Counted from the stretch's first letter, positions 29,819 to 39,588 are shown. The stretch is 49,144 bases of DNA from Planctomycetota bacterium (GCA_036337375.1 JAYZEI010000003.1:1-49144), one strand, 5' to 3'. Notes: generated from the letters alone by a model not told the origin. Made by a program: numbers and translations.

Positions 29819-31057
29819 ATGGCCGCTTTTTCAGACCAAATCAATTGCTGGAACTCTTTTATAACAAAGGCCTTCCGAGGTATTTTGTGCCTTCTGGTTT
29901 CCTTGGTGCCGTACTTGCCGGTCACAACCGCTGGGGCGGAGGACGTGGATCAATCCAAATTGTCGATTGCCACGGAACGGTCGTTTAAAAATCTCTCCGT
30001 TCGGCGACCAATCGTTTTGACGCATGCCGGGGACGGAACGAACCGCGTGTTTATCGCCTCGGAACACGGTGTCATTCATGTGGTACCTAACGATCAAGGT
30101 GTCAAGAAGACCACCGTTTTCCTCGACATTGAGAAAAAGGTCACTTACAAGGACAAACAAAACGAAGAGGGGTTTCTCGGTCTGGCCTTTCATCCAGATT
30201 ACAAAAAGAATGGTCAGTTCTTTGTCTACTATTCAACGAAAGACGCGGCACAGACTTCGGTCATTTCGCGGTTTCGCGTGACGTCGGATGATCCCAATCG
30301 CGCGGATCCGGCAAGCGAAGAAGAACTGATGCGAATCAAGCAGCCGTTTTGGAATCACAACGGTGGCAATATTCTCTTTGGACCGGACGGCTGTCTCTAT
30401 ATCGGCCTGGGAGACGGTGGCAGCGGGCGAGATCCGAAAGGCAACGGTCAGAATCGGGCGACATTGCTCGGCAATATCTTGCGTATCGACGTCGATCGGC
30501 AGGATGACGGAAAAAAGTACGCCATTCCTAAAGATAATCCGTTCGTCGGCATGAAAGATGCGCGGCCCGAAATTTGGGCGTGGGGTTTTCGCAATCCCTG
30601 GGGCATGACGTTTGATACCGAGACGGGGCTGTTCTGGGTCGCCGACGTGGGCCAGGACATTTGGGAGGAAGTCAACATCGTGCAAAAAGGCGGCAACTAT
30701 GGCTGGAATCTGCGCGAGGCAAAGCACAAGTTTGGCGACAAAGGCTCCGGCCCGCGTGACGACCTGATCGATCCAATTTGGGAGTACGATCACAAGGTCG
30801 GCAAATCGATTACCGGCGGCCGCGTCTATCGGGGCAAGCGGATCAAGCAGCTTGTCGGTGCGTATCTCTATGCGGATTATGTCTCGGGTAAAATCTGGGC
30901 ATTGCGGTACGATGCGAACAAGAAAAAAGTGACCGCCAATCGCCCCCTGCACGACAACAAGATGCCGATCATTTCATTTGGCGAAGACCAGGACGGCGAA
31001 GTTTATCTGACCGACGCGTTGGGACAGATTCATCGCTTTGTGGAAGCAAAAAAGTAG
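29819..31057 (+). CDS. PQQ-dependent glucose/sorbosone (aldose sugar) dehydrogenase family protein
   Basis: EEGFLGLAFHPDY, NHNGGNILFGPDG.LYIGLGDGG, GFRNPW, ADVGQD.WEE, GGNYGW, SITGG.VYRG. Confidence 0.93.
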   Translation: MAAFSDQINCWNSFITKAFRGILCLLVSLVPYLPVTTAGAEDVDQSKLSIATERSFKNLSVRRPIVLTHAGDGTNRVFIASEHGVIHVVPNDQGVKKTTVFLDIEKKVTYKDKQNEEGFLGLAFHPDYKKNGQFFVYYSTKDAAQTSVISRFRVTSDDPNRADPASEEELMRIKQPFWNHNGGNILFGPDGCLYIGLGDGGSGRDPKGNGQNRATLLGNILRIDVDRQDDGKKYAIPKDNPFVGMKDARPEIWAWGFRNPWGMTFDTETGLFWVADVGQDIWEEVNIVQKGGNYGWNLREAKHKFGDKGSGPRDDLIDPIWEYDHKVGKSITGGRVYRGKRIKQLVGAYLYADYVSGKIWALRYDANKKKVTANRPLHDNKMPIISFGEDQDGEVYLTDALGQIHRFVEAKK

Positions 31058-31301
31058 CCGCACTCCGCGGCGGGCCGTCCGGGCGGTGTTACCCGGCCTG
31101 CGATTTCAGGGCCAGCGTTAAGCCGGCGCGTGTTCCCGCCGTTTCAGCCAAGAGTATCCGACTTTCAGCGGTTGCCGCTCGAGCGGATCGTTTCTCACGA
31201 CTCGTAACTCAGGTTCTGGATGGCCTCGAGTCAACTGCGGCACTCGCAGGCACTTACTAAAAAAATAACTCTTTCCCGGAGTTTCGGCAAATAAACGAAA
31301 G

Positions 31302-31374
31302 TGACCCCAACGGGACTCGAACCCGTGTTGCCGGCGTGAAAGGCCGGAGTCCTAGACCGCTAGACGATGGGGCC
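31302..31374 (-). tRNA. tRNA-Glu (TTC), CCA not encoded
   Basis: GGCCCCATCGTCTAGCGGTCTAGGACTCCGGCCTTTCACGCCGGCAACACGGGTTCGAGTCCCGTTGGGGTCA forms a cloverleaf with anticodon TTC and a GTTCGA T-loop. Confidence 0.97.
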
Positions 31375-31460
31375 GACTCTTGACGCAGCCAGCAAAACTT
31401 GCCGCGTATTAAAGGCAGCAACCCGAAAAACGTCAAGTGGGAATTAGAAATGTGGCCTGC

Positions 31461-31505
31461 AAGAATGCCGGACACGAGAATTCGGGACACAAGAATGCGG
31501 GACAC
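31461..31505. repeat. Imperfect 15-bp tandem repeat x3 between csrA and the tRNA
   Basis: AAGAATGCCGGACAC / GAGAATTCGGGACAC / AAGAATGCGGGACAC. Confidence 0.85.
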
Positions 31506-31524
31506 AGATCAGAGCGATCTAGGC

Positions 31525-31749
31525 TCAAGCATCCGTTGTTTTGGCTGGGTCGGCCGGGGCTGGGTCGGCCGGCGCACCTGCCGTATCGCCACGCTTGATC
31601 GCCTCGTAAACCTCTCGCCGGTGAACCGGCACTTCTCTTGGCGCTTCCACACCGAGCCGCACCTTGTCACCGCGAATTTCGACCACTACGATCGTGATCG
31701 TATCATCAATGACGATACTTTCGTTCTTCTTACGCGATAAAACTAACAT
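31525..31749 (-). CDS. csrA: Carbon storage regulator CsrA
   Basis: MLVLSRKKNESIVI..ITIVVVEIRGDKVRLGVEAPREVPVHRREVYEAI; AAGGA RBS. Confidence 0.97.
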   Translation of the reverse strand: MLVLSRKKNESIVIDDTITIVVVEIRGDKVRLGVEAPREVPVHRREVYEAIKRGDTAGAPADPAPADPAKTTDA

Positions 31750-32351
31750 CACCGATTCCTTCGATTGCTTCCTTCGAGGTAATTTCCAGTTCGGAATCTC
31801 CGACCGGCAGCAACCCTCTATGCTGTGCCAAAACCCATCAACCGCGGTAGTTCCTTCCTTCCACTCTACGTCCTAACAGGCAACAGTCAAGCAGACCGCT
31901 GCCGCTTCGTTCGTATTTGCACGTATTTTTTCAGCAGATGTGGATAGAATAGGTAACATCGATTAACTTCAATTTGTCGAAAAAACTTGCCTCGGGCGTA
32001 TTATCGATACCCTAACACCTTGCATAAGATAATGTTATGCCTTTCAGAAGCAGGGTGAATTCTGTTGGCGACGAGCCTCCGGGGCATATTGTACGGGTGG
32101 CTACGCACGGCCGCCTAGAATTTGATATTTCTTGTCGATACCCCCTTATTTGGTGGGAAGTTGCCGGTATTCGCGTATAGAAATGCCCCCGGCCAAATCC
32201 GTAAAAATTGACAGCGTGACGGGCCGGATTCAGGTTTTCCGGCGGTTAATTTGCGGACTCTTCGAGTGGGCTGCCGACGCTGGATTGTGCCGGGCCAGCT
32301 TCGTCTCAATTTTCGTCGCACGCAAAATCATCTTCAACTCTCTGCCGATGG

Positions 32352-32379
32352 TTGCGAGCGGAAAGTGCGTATCTATAAT
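32352..32379 (+). promoter_or_regulatory. Sigma70-like promoter of nuoI
   Basis: TTGCGA-16-TATAAT. Confidence 0.6.
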
Positions 32380-32428
32380 TCAGCGGGTCGGCCGGTGATC
32401 TGGCGTATGACCTCCGTTCGAAATTTCG

Positions 32429-32491
32429 GGGCAAGGAACCAGGGCAAGGAACCAGGGCAAGGAACCAGGGCAAGGAACCAGGGCAAGGAAC
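32429..32491 (+). repeat. 13-bp tandem repeat (four full copies plus 11 bp) in the nuoI leader
   Basis: GGGCAAGGAACCA x4 plus GGGCAAGGAAC; the last AAGGA is the likely RBS for ATG 32500. Confidence 0.95.
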
Positions 32492-32499
32492 GCAGAGTA

Positions 32500-33027
32500 A
32501 TGCGAAAGTGGTTTGGAGACGTATACGGGGCAGTCTACACCGTGGCTCGGGGTCTGTATGTCACTATGCGTTATTGGCTCAGGACATACGATCCGAAACG
32601 TAAAGCGTTCACACAGCATTATGAGTATCCCGAATTGCCGGTCCCGGTTGCACCTCGATATCGTGGATTTCACCGCTACGATTTGACGACGTGCATTGCC
32701 TGCGATCAGTGCGCCAAGGTGTGCCCGGTGGATTGCATTTACATCGGCAAAGAACGCGTGGAAGGTGGCAAAGGTTTTAAGATCACGGGCTTTGCCGTTG
32801 ACTATTCGAAGTGCATGTTCTGTGCGCTATGCGTCGAACCTTGTCCCGTAGATTGTATTTTTATGGGGGCAACTCACGACTTAAGCTGCTACAGCCGTGA
32901 CGGCTGCATTGTGGACTTTTCGCGGTTGCCGTTGGACGTCGGTTGGGGCCGCGCCACGTTGAATCCGACGGCAGTCGCGGATTCGAAGGTTATCACAGAG
33001 CCCGTGCATGGAGGGCCGAATCAATAA
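32500..33027 (+). CDS. nuoI: NADH-quinone oxidoreductase subunit I
   Basis: YEYPE...PRYRGFH, CIACDQCAKVCP and CMFCALCVEPCP (2x[4Fe-4S]). Confidence 0.92.
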   Translation: MRKWFGDVYGAVYTVARGLYVTMRYWLRTYDPKRKAFTQHYEYPELPVPVAPRYRGFHRYDLTTCIACDQCAKVCPVDCIYIGKERVEGGKGFKITGFAVDYSKCMFCALCVEPCPVDCIFMGATHDLSCYSRDGCIVDFSRLPLDVGWGRATLNPTAVADSKVITEPVHGGPNQ

Positions 33028-33097
33028 CAATCGTCGGCCGGCCGGCGATTGTCGATCTGTTTTCCGCAGCCGACGAAACTGATAGAGAGTCAGTAGT

Positions 33098-33568
33098 ATG
33101 ACCCCCGATCCTGATAGATTTCCCCGGTTATTTACGGTGGGAGAGGCCAACGCGACGTTGCCGCTGGTCACCGCCATTTGTAAGGATCTTTCAACATTGG
33201 CGCGGGATGTGGTTGAACGGCGTCAGCGGCTGGCGCTGTTAACGTCCGGGCGGGACGATAATGCGTCGGTACTCTATGCTGAGGAACTTGTACAGGTCGA
33301 AGAGGAACTGCAGCGTGACGGAGAACGGCTGCAGGAATATGTGCAAGAACTCGAGCAACTGGGTGTTGAGCCCAAGGGCGCGGTGCAGGGGTTGGTTGAC
33401 TTTCCCTGTTTTATGGACGGACGCATTGTTTATTTGTGCTGGCAACTGAACGAACCAGAAGTACTTTTCTGGCACGAACTTGACAACGGCTTCGCCGGCC
33501 GGCAGCTGCTTACGGTCGACAGCGCCGCCGCAGACGAGGCCTTGGGCGGGCGCTCGGGCAGCATGTAG
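33098..33568 (+). CDS. DUF2203 family protein
   Basis: FTVGEANATLPLV, LGVEPKG...GLVDFP...GRIVYLCWQLNEPEVLFWHELDNGFAGRQ. Confidence 0.9.
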   Translation: MTPDPDRFPRLFTVGEANATLPLVTAICKDLSTLARDVVERRQRLALLTSGRDDNASVLYAEELVQVEEELQRDGERLQEYVQELEQLGVEPKGAVQGLVDFPCFMDGRIVYLCWQLNEPEVLFWHELDNGFAGRQLLTVDSAAADEALGGRSGSM

Positions 33569-33641
33569 GTTGCGGGTGGTTGTACCGGGCGCGTTCTAAA
33601 ATCGGGGCAAGATTCTCGGGGCCGGTTCGAATACCTTCTGT

Positions 33642-33677
33642 GCTGGTATAGTGACACGGGCTGGTATAGTGGCACGG
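33642..33677 (+). repeat. 18-bp near-perfect tandem duplication containing an extended -10-like TGGTATAGT
   Basis: GCTGGTATAGTGACACGG / GCTGGTATAGTGGCACGG, ending 13 bp before ATG 33691. Confidence 0.85.
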
Positions 33678-33690
33678 GGAAGGGCATACG

Positions 33691-33960
33691 ATGTTGCTGC
33701 CAAGGTTCACGATCCGCTGGATACTCGGTTTCACGCTCGTCTGTGCGCTGTTGCTGCTGATTTTGCGCGCGTCGATCACCGGCGGCGCTTGGGCAACCGG
33801 CGTTAGTGCCGCAATCGGCTTTGTCATCGTTACCCTGCTGGTCCACGGGCTCTGTTTTGGGCTGTTGTGGTTGGCGTCGCAAGTTTTTGTTCGCCCGCAA
33901 GATGCCCGCCGCCAAACGCCTGGCACAGCCGGTTCGCGATCCGAGGAGGTGCCGCCGTGA
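33691..33960 (+). CDS. Small two-TM membrane protein
   Basis: PRFTIRWIL N-terminus (planctomycete-like), two hydrophobic helices, GTGA coupling to the next gene. Confidence 0.7.
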   Translation: MLLPRFTIRWILGFTLVCALLLLILRASITGGAWATGVSAAIGFVIVTLLVHGLCFGLLWLASQVFVRPQDARRQTPGTAGSRSEEVPP

Positions 33961-36116
33961 CCCTGCTGAGGATTGAGTTTTCCATTTTGAGGTGTGTTGT
34001 CCTGGCGGCCTTGCAGGGAGTGATCGCGACCACGTCGCTTGCCGGAACCGGCACGCCTATCAAATCGCCCAATCCCAGAATCCCATCGACAACAGGCATT
34101 CAGCTGACCGTCGACCCCTATTGGGTCGAGGGCCGGGGTTACCGTCCGGTCCGGGTGGTGGCTTTCGCAAGTACTTTGGCGAATTACGATCGAACGATTT
34201 CCATCACGTTTTACGCGGACGAATTTTCCAGGGTTGATCGAAAATTGAGCGGCATCAGCGTCACGCAAGAGTTTGTTTTGCCCGAGAATGCGCAATCGGC
34301 TTCGACGACGATCGCCGTTCCTCAGTACACGGCATGGAACCGGATGGGCTGGACGGTATTTGTCGATGGCGACTTGGCGAAAGAACTGGGCGTGGAATGG
34401 ATCGACGGTCCGTCAGGTTCGTCGAATTGGCAAGAACAAGTCAGCCGTGTTCTGTACGTGAATTTGGTTTCCGCCGTCCGCCGAGTTACGGATGCCCCGC
34501 TTCGCCGCCAGCGTCTCCAATTTCGGTTACCAGCATCAGAAGGTGCAACCGATGGGGTTAACCAGTCGCTATATTCCGACAATGCGGCAGGAATCGGAAT
34601 TCGAGAACTGCCGGTTCGTTGGATCGATTACAGTTGCCTCGACATCGTCCAGGTGCCGTCCACGGAATTTCAATTACTTGTAAAACAGAATCCGCAAGCC
34701 TGGCGGGCGATCAGGCAGTGGGTGGCGACGGGGGGGAATCTGGTCATCGAGCAGTTTCCTTTCGGGCCGACGGGCAACGACCCGTCGGGTCTTCAAGCCG
34801 TCGACACCGCGCTGATTCAAAACGACGGCCGGTCGCCTTCGGACGATTCGCGCTGGCGGTCTTCAGTGGAGACGTCACCCGACGATCGCGACAGGCCCCA
34901 GCAACGGCCGCTAGAGATCCCGTTTCGTTGGCGGCCCTACCAAATCGGCACGGTGACGGTGGCGGGCGGCAAGTTGTCGGATCTCGGGTTTCGCTATGAG
35001 GATTTTTCGGATGGCGATATCGAATATGGAGGTGCCGTCTATGAAGAATCCATGCCTGAAAATAGTGCGAGATTTTCGCCTCCCGATTACGATCGTCAGA
35101 CGTGGGCGATGCGTCACGGTCTCGAACCTTACATGGGAACATCAGAGTTTTGGAACTTCCTGATTCCCGGCGTGGGCCTGGCACCGGTGGGTGCGTTTCG
35201 CATCCTGATCACATTGTTTGTGATTGCAATCGGACCCGTTAACTACTACTTTTTGCGCCGCTGGCGGCGCAACCATCTGCTCGTGTTTACCATTCCGGTC
35301 TGTGCGGGCGCGGTCACTTTTGCGCTGTTTGGTTATGCGCTGATTTCCGACGGACTGGGCACGCGGGTGCGGGTCCGCAGTTTTACGGAAATCGACCAAC
35401 GCACCGGCGAGGCGGCATGCATCTCGCGGCAGTCCTATTACTCGGGACTAGCTCCGGGGGACGGGCTGAGTTTTCCAAATGACGCCATGGTCGTGCCCAT
35501 CGTGCCGCCAGCCCGCGATGCTCGCCGCTGGATGGGCGGCGGCGTGCTCAACGATCTGCGAGCAATTGACTGGGACGATCGTCAGAACCTCACAGACGGT
35601 TGGCTTGCGTCGCGGACACCGACGCAGTATTTGATCGTGCGTTCCCGATCCACGCCGCACGCCTTGGATGTCAAATTTCAAAACGGCGGCGTCAGCGTCG
35701 CGAATCAGCTGGGTACGCGAGTTCAATACCTGGTCGTGTGCGACAGCGACGGCAATATCCACTGGGGCGAAAATATTGAGGTGGGCGGCGGGTCGCGACT
35801 AACGGCCATCGAGGGACCAGAGGCCGTTTCCAAATTCGATCGCGTGTTCTCCGACAACCACCCTGAATACCCGTCCGCAACGACCGATGGCGACTATGAC
35901 GATTGGCGGTCGTTGTCGGACGCTTACGGGGACGGCCAGTTGGAAATGGCCCACAGTCGTCTTGAGCAATCGTTAAGAGATTACGGTCCCTCGTATGCAG
36001 GCAGGCCGCGGTCGCGGACCTATTTGGCGGTCGTCGAAAACTCGCCGGAAGTCGAACTGGGAGTCGAGGCTGCGACCGTGGAAGGAAGTTTACACGTGAT
36101 TCTGGGAAAATATTGA
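33957..36116 (+). CDS. Large membrane-anchored ABC-associated protein (GATase-like segment, two internal TM helices)
   Basis: GGAGG RBS and GTG 33957; WIDYSCLDIV...AIRQWVATGGNLVI; FVIAIGPVNYYFLRR...LLVFTIP TM pair. Confidence 0.8.
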   Translation: MTLLRIEFSILRCVVLAALQGVIATTSLAGTGTPIKSPNPRIPSTTGIQLTVDPYWVEGRGYRPVRVVAFASTLANYDRTISITFYADEFSRVDRKLSGISVTQEFVLPENAQSASTTIAVPQYTAWNRMGWTVFVDGDLAKELGVEWIDGPSGSSNWQEQVSRVLYVNLVSAVRRVTDAPLRRQRLQFRLPASEGATDGVNQSLYSDNAAGIGIRELPVRWIDYSCLDIVQVPSTEFQLLVKQNPQAWRAIRQWVATGGNLVIEQFPFGPTGNDPSGLQAVDTALIQNDGRSPSDDSRWRSSVETSPDDRDRPQQRPLEIPFRWRPYQIGTVTVAGGKLSDLGFRYEDFSDGDIEYGGAVYEESMPENSARFSPPDYDRQTWAMRHGLEPYMGTSEFWNFLIPGVGLAPVGAFRILITLFVIAIGPVNYYFLRRWRRNHLLVFTIPVCAGAVTFALFGYALISDGLGTRVRVRSFTEIDQRTGEAACISRQSYYSGLAPGDGLSFPNDAMVVPIVPPARDARRWMGGGVLNDLRAIDWDDRQNLTDGWLASRTPTQYLIVRSRSTPHALDVKFQNGGVSVANQLGTRVQYLVVCDSDGNIHWGENIEVGGGSRLTAIEGPEAVSKFDRVFSDNHPEYPSATTDGDYDDWRSLSDAYGDGQLEMAHSRLEQSLRDYGPSYAGRPRSRTYLAVVENSPEVELGVEAATVEGSLHVILGKY

Positions 36117-36205
36117 AGAAGATATTGGACGGGCGCGACGAACCGGCAAGGGGGTGGCGCCGCGCGAGTCGGTAAGCCCTATTGTCCATCTGCCGCGGCA
36201 AGAAT

Positions 36206-37141
36206 ATGCATCCGATGATCCAACTCAACCGTCTGCATCGCTTCTTCGGTGCCACCCGCGCCGTGGACGACGTTTCGTTCGAAGTGCAGGCGGGGGAGGT
36301 GTTCGGCTACATCGGTCCTAACGGAGCCGGCAAGACGACCAGCATGCGGATTCTGTCGACCTTGGACGAACCGACATCCGGCGACGCCTACGTGGACGGC
36401 TTTTCGGTGGTCGATGATCCCGACCGGGTCCGCACGCGGCTGGGATTTATGCCTGATTACTTCGGCACGTACGCGAACGTTAATGTCCGCGAATACCTCG
36501 ATTTTTTTGCCCGCTCGTACGGACTGCGGGGCGGGGAACGAAGCCGGGCAATCGAGTATGTGATGGACTTCACGCTGCTGAACCGTCTCTCTGAAAAACC
36601 GATCAGTGCGCTGTCGAAAGGTATGAAGCAGCGGCTGTGCCTGGGCCGCGCTTTAATCCACGATCCGGCGGTAATGATCCTCGACGAACCGGCCGCGGGT
36701 CTTGACCCGCGAGCGCGAATTGAACTGCGTGAAATGATCGGGAAATTGGCCGAAGTCGGCAAAGCCGTGCTGATCAGTTCGCATATCCTCACGGAACTGG
36801 CCGAAATGTGTCACACGGTGGGCATCATCGAGCAGGGAAAACTGTTGGCCGTCGGTACGGTCGAGGAAATGCGGAAGCGGGCGCAGTCTCTCTCGATGGT
36901 TCGCATTACGGTCGTGGGGGGTGGGGGGCCGCTGGGCCAGTGGCTGGCCGCGCGGGACGAGATTGAGGAAGTCGATGTGGACGGCGAAGTCGTCGTCATA
37001 TCGCATTCGGGTAATCGGCAATCGGAAGTCGCGCTGCTGCGCGAAATCGTCGAGTCGGGTTATCCCGTTGCCGAATTCCAAGTGGATGCGAAGTCTCTGG
37101 AAGATGTCTTCTTACACGTAACCGAGGGCAGGGTGCAGTAA
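36206..37141 (+). CDS. ABC transporter ATP-binding protein
   Basis: GPNGAGKTT, LSKGMKQR, ILDEPAAGLDP, SSHIL. Confidence 0.95.
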   Translation: MHPMIQLNRLHRFFGATRAVDDVSFEVQAGEVFGYIGPNGAGKTTSMRILSTLDEPTSGDAYVDGFSVVDDPDRVRTRLGFMPDYFGTYANVNVREYLDFFARSYGLRGGERSRAIEYVMDFTLLNRLSEKPISALSKGMKQRLCLGRALIHDPAVMILDEPAAGLDPRARIELREMIGKLAEVGKAVLISSHILTELAEMCHTVGIIEQGKLLAVGTVEEMRKRAQSLSMVRITVVGGGGPLGQWLAARDEIEEVDVDGEVVVISHSGNRQSEVALLREIVESGYPVAEFQVDAKSLEDVFLHVTEGRVQ

Positions 37142-37230
37142 CCAAAGAACGGCCGGGGACGCGGTAACCGGCTGGTTTCAGGCGGCGTTGCGGAATGCGG
37201 CCGCCTCGAACTTAAAGGCAGGATTCAGTA

Positions 37231-38856
37231 GTGGCTTCAAACGCGGACAGCCCCGAAATTGCAGCGACCGCCGTCGCAACCGGCGGTGCTGCACATTGGC
37301 AACGCATCGAATCGCGGCTGCTGCGAATGGGCGACTATTTAAATCCCATTCTCGTCAAGGAAACGCGGCAGGCGCTAAAGAGCCGGTACTTCACGGTTAC
37401 GTTCGGGCTCGTACTGGCCACGCAGTGGATTTGCACGATCCTCTGGTTGGCGGTCGAGGGCTCGGCCGCCTATTACAGTGCAAGAGGCGCCGACCTTTTT
37501 TACTTTTACTACATCATTTTAGGTGTTCCGCTAGCCGTCATCATCCCGTTCGCAACGTATCGGTCACTGCAGGCGGAGCGGGAAGACAATACGTATGAGT
37601 TGCTGTCGATTACGGCACTCAGCGCGCGGCAGATTATTGCGGGGAAAATGGGTAGTGCGTTGTTGCAGATGGTGCTGTTCTTTTCGGCCAGCGTCCCCTG
37701 TTTGGCATTTACGTATTTGCTGCGGGGCATCGACATCCTGACGATCGGGTTGTTGCTCTACTACGCCCTGTTTGCGTCAGTCACGCTTTCAGTGCTGGGG
37801 ATTTTTTTCGCGACCCTGACGATCCATCGGTTCGCCCAGGTGCTTTTGTCAATCGTGCTGATTATGGCATTGGTGTGGGCGTACTTTATGGGGTTCGTGG
37901 CGGGCAGCTGGGGATTTCTTTCGGAAGCCGTGCGGGAATACAGCTCGGTCGAGTTTTGGATTGCGAATGGCATCATCAGCACGGTCGATTTTACGTCTGT
38001 GGGCATGCTGTTCTTGGCCGCTGCGGCGATGATCAGCTTTCCAACCGAAAACCGTTCGACGGCGCTGCGCTGGGGGATGCTCGTGCAGCACGCCTGCATC
38101 GCCGGTTGGTGCGCTTTTTTTTGGCAATATTTCAGTCCTGATCTGGAGGGTTGCCTGGCATTGATGACTGTGCTGGGCATTTACTGGTATTTGATGGGCG
38201 CTTTAATGTCCGGGGAGTCGCGGCATATGTCGGAACGCGCCAAGCGCGACCTGCCGCAGAGTTTCTTTGGCCGCGTGTTTTTAACCTGGTTTAATCCCGG
38301 TCCGATGACCGGATATGTGTTCACCATCGTCAATCTCACGAGCGGTTTGTTGTTGGGCTGTTTGGGAATCCTGTTTGTATATTTGGAGGGTAACGCCGGA
38401 ACGTCGCCGACCTCTGAGGAGACGTTTCGCTTTATGGTGTTGCTGGTCAGCTACGTCGTCATTTACCTGGGCGTGGGCAACCTGATCCTGTCGCCGCTGC
38501 GGAGCCCCACTCGCGTCGGTTGGTTTCATTCGGTCGTGGTACAGATCATCTTGCTGTTGGTGTTGTGCCTGGCTCCCTGGGTCATACAACTCTGGACATT
38601 CAACGGCTCCGCCCGATGGGATTATTCCTTTTTGCAAATCGGCAATCCGTTTTGGTCCATGATTCACGTCATGGACCGCGGGTCGGTACTGTTTTGGTTC
38701 GTGCCGGCGGTCGCTCTAATTGTCTTTTATTGCAACCTCCGACCGATTCTCGACGATGTGCGGGAAGTCCGCATCTTGCGGCCAAGGCGGGTGCAGGAGG
38801 AGGATGCGGCAATGCTCCCCATCGAGACGGAACCGACCGGCCCCTGGGACGATTGA
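37231..38856 (+). CDS. ABC-2 type permease (multi-TM)
   Basis: NPILVKETRQALKSR, EREDNTYELLSITALSARQIIAGK, many TM helices. Confidence 0.88.
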   Translation: MASNADSPEIAATAVATGGAAHWQRIESRLLRMGDYLNPILVKETRQALKSRYFTVTFGLVLATQWICTILWLAVEGSAAYYSARGADLFYFYYIILGVPLAVIIPFATYRSLQAEREDNTYELLSITALSARQIIAGKMGSALLQMVLFFSASVPCLAFTYLLRGIDILTIGLLLYYALFASVTLSVLGIFFATLTIHRFAQVLLSIVLIMALVWAYFMGFVAGSWGFLSEAVREYSSVEFWIANGIISTVDFTSVGMLFLAAAAMISFPTENRSTALRWGMLVQHACIAGWCAFFWQYFSPDLEGCLALMTVLGIYWYLMGALMSGESRHMSERAKRDLPQSFFGRVFLTWFNPGPMTGYVFTIVNLTSGLLLGCLGILFVYLEGNAGTSPTSEETFRFMVLLVSYVVIYLGVGNLILSPLRSPTRVGWFHSVVVQIILLLVLCLAPWVIQLWTFNGSARWDYSFLQIGNPFWSMIHVMDRGSVLFWFVPAVALIVFYCNLRPILDDVREVRILRPRRVQEEDAAMLPIETEPTGPWDD

Positions 38857-38918
38857 CCCGGTTGGCCGGGGATGCGGTTTTGAGTCCGATCCGCTGCTGT
38901 GGTAGTGCGTAGGCTGGC

Positions 38919-38946
38919 TTGCAAAACTGCCCGCACCGAATAAAAT
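38919..38946 (+). promoter_or_regulatory. Sigma70-like promoter of the nuoA operon
   Basis: TTGCAA-16-TAAAAT. Confidence 0.55.
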
Positions 38947-38979
38947 GCCCGTTTCCTATAACCCTCGATGTGCGACGGC

Positions 38980-39576
38980 ATGGCGACCACCACCCAAATC
39001 GCGGCCTACTTGACCCTGTTTTTTTCCGTCGGGGCGATTTTTCTGTTCGTCAACTTGTTGGTCGGTCGTTTTATTCGGCCGCACGATCCGCACGCCGAAA
39101 AGCAGGAAATCTACGAATGCGGAGAACCGGCGATTGGATCCAGCTTCGTGCAGTTCGATTTGCGGTTCTATGTGGTGGCGCTGGTATTCATCGTTTTTGA
39201 TGCGGAAGTCGCTTTTCTGTTTCCGGCGGCCACCGTCTTTGGCAAGCAGACGCAACTGGAGGAGATGGCCGGCGAGCAAGGCGTACTGAACGGCGCCGCC
39301 GCGCAAGCGATGTTGGACGAAATGTCCGTCGGACAGCCTGCCGCGTCGGAAGCTGGCTCGGCAGCATCGCTGCGGGAGACGATGAGCGATTTCACTTGGT
39401 ACATTTATGTCGCGACGCTGGTGTTCTTTATGGTGCTGTTCGTCGGCTTTGCATACGAATGGAAAACCGGCGCATTCGATTGGGTCCGCGCCGTGCAGCA
39501 GGACCGCAGCCGCGCGCCGCCGCCGCCGGGCGTGAATTCCGTGACGCCCGAAAACGAACCCGCGTTGACGAGTTGA
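38980..39576 (+). CDS. nuoA: NADH-quinone oxidoreductase subunit A (long TM2-TM3 loop)
   Basis: KQEIYECGE, FDLRFYVVALVFIVFDAEVAFLFP, FAYEWKTGAFDW. Confidence 0.93.
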   Translation: MATTTQIAAYLTLFFSVGAIFLFVNLLVGRFIRPHDPHAEKQEIYECGEPAIGSSFVQFDLRFYVVALVFIVFDAEVAFLFPAATVFGKQTQLEEMAGEQGVLNGAAAQAMLDEMSVGQPAASEAGSAASLRETMSDFTWYIYVATLVFFMVLFVGFAYEWKTGAFDWVRAVQQDRSRAPPPPGVNSVTPENEPALTS

Positions 39577-39588
39577 GCGAGCCGCAAA

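Noticed and set aside
31057-31302. Genomic island integrated at tRNA-Glu
   Set aside because: No integrase and no duplicated tRNA 3' end seen in the window
32017-32045. GCATAA-N7-TTATGC resembling a dif/Xer site
   Set aside because: Spacer is 7 bp instead of 6 and the XerD arm (TTATGTTAAAT) is not matched
32429-32491. 13-bp array as a CRISPR, or as coding sequence of the 258-aa ORF from 32251
   Set aside because: No spacers; NuoI homology and the RBS point to ATG 32500, and a promoter lies inside the supposed N-terminal extension
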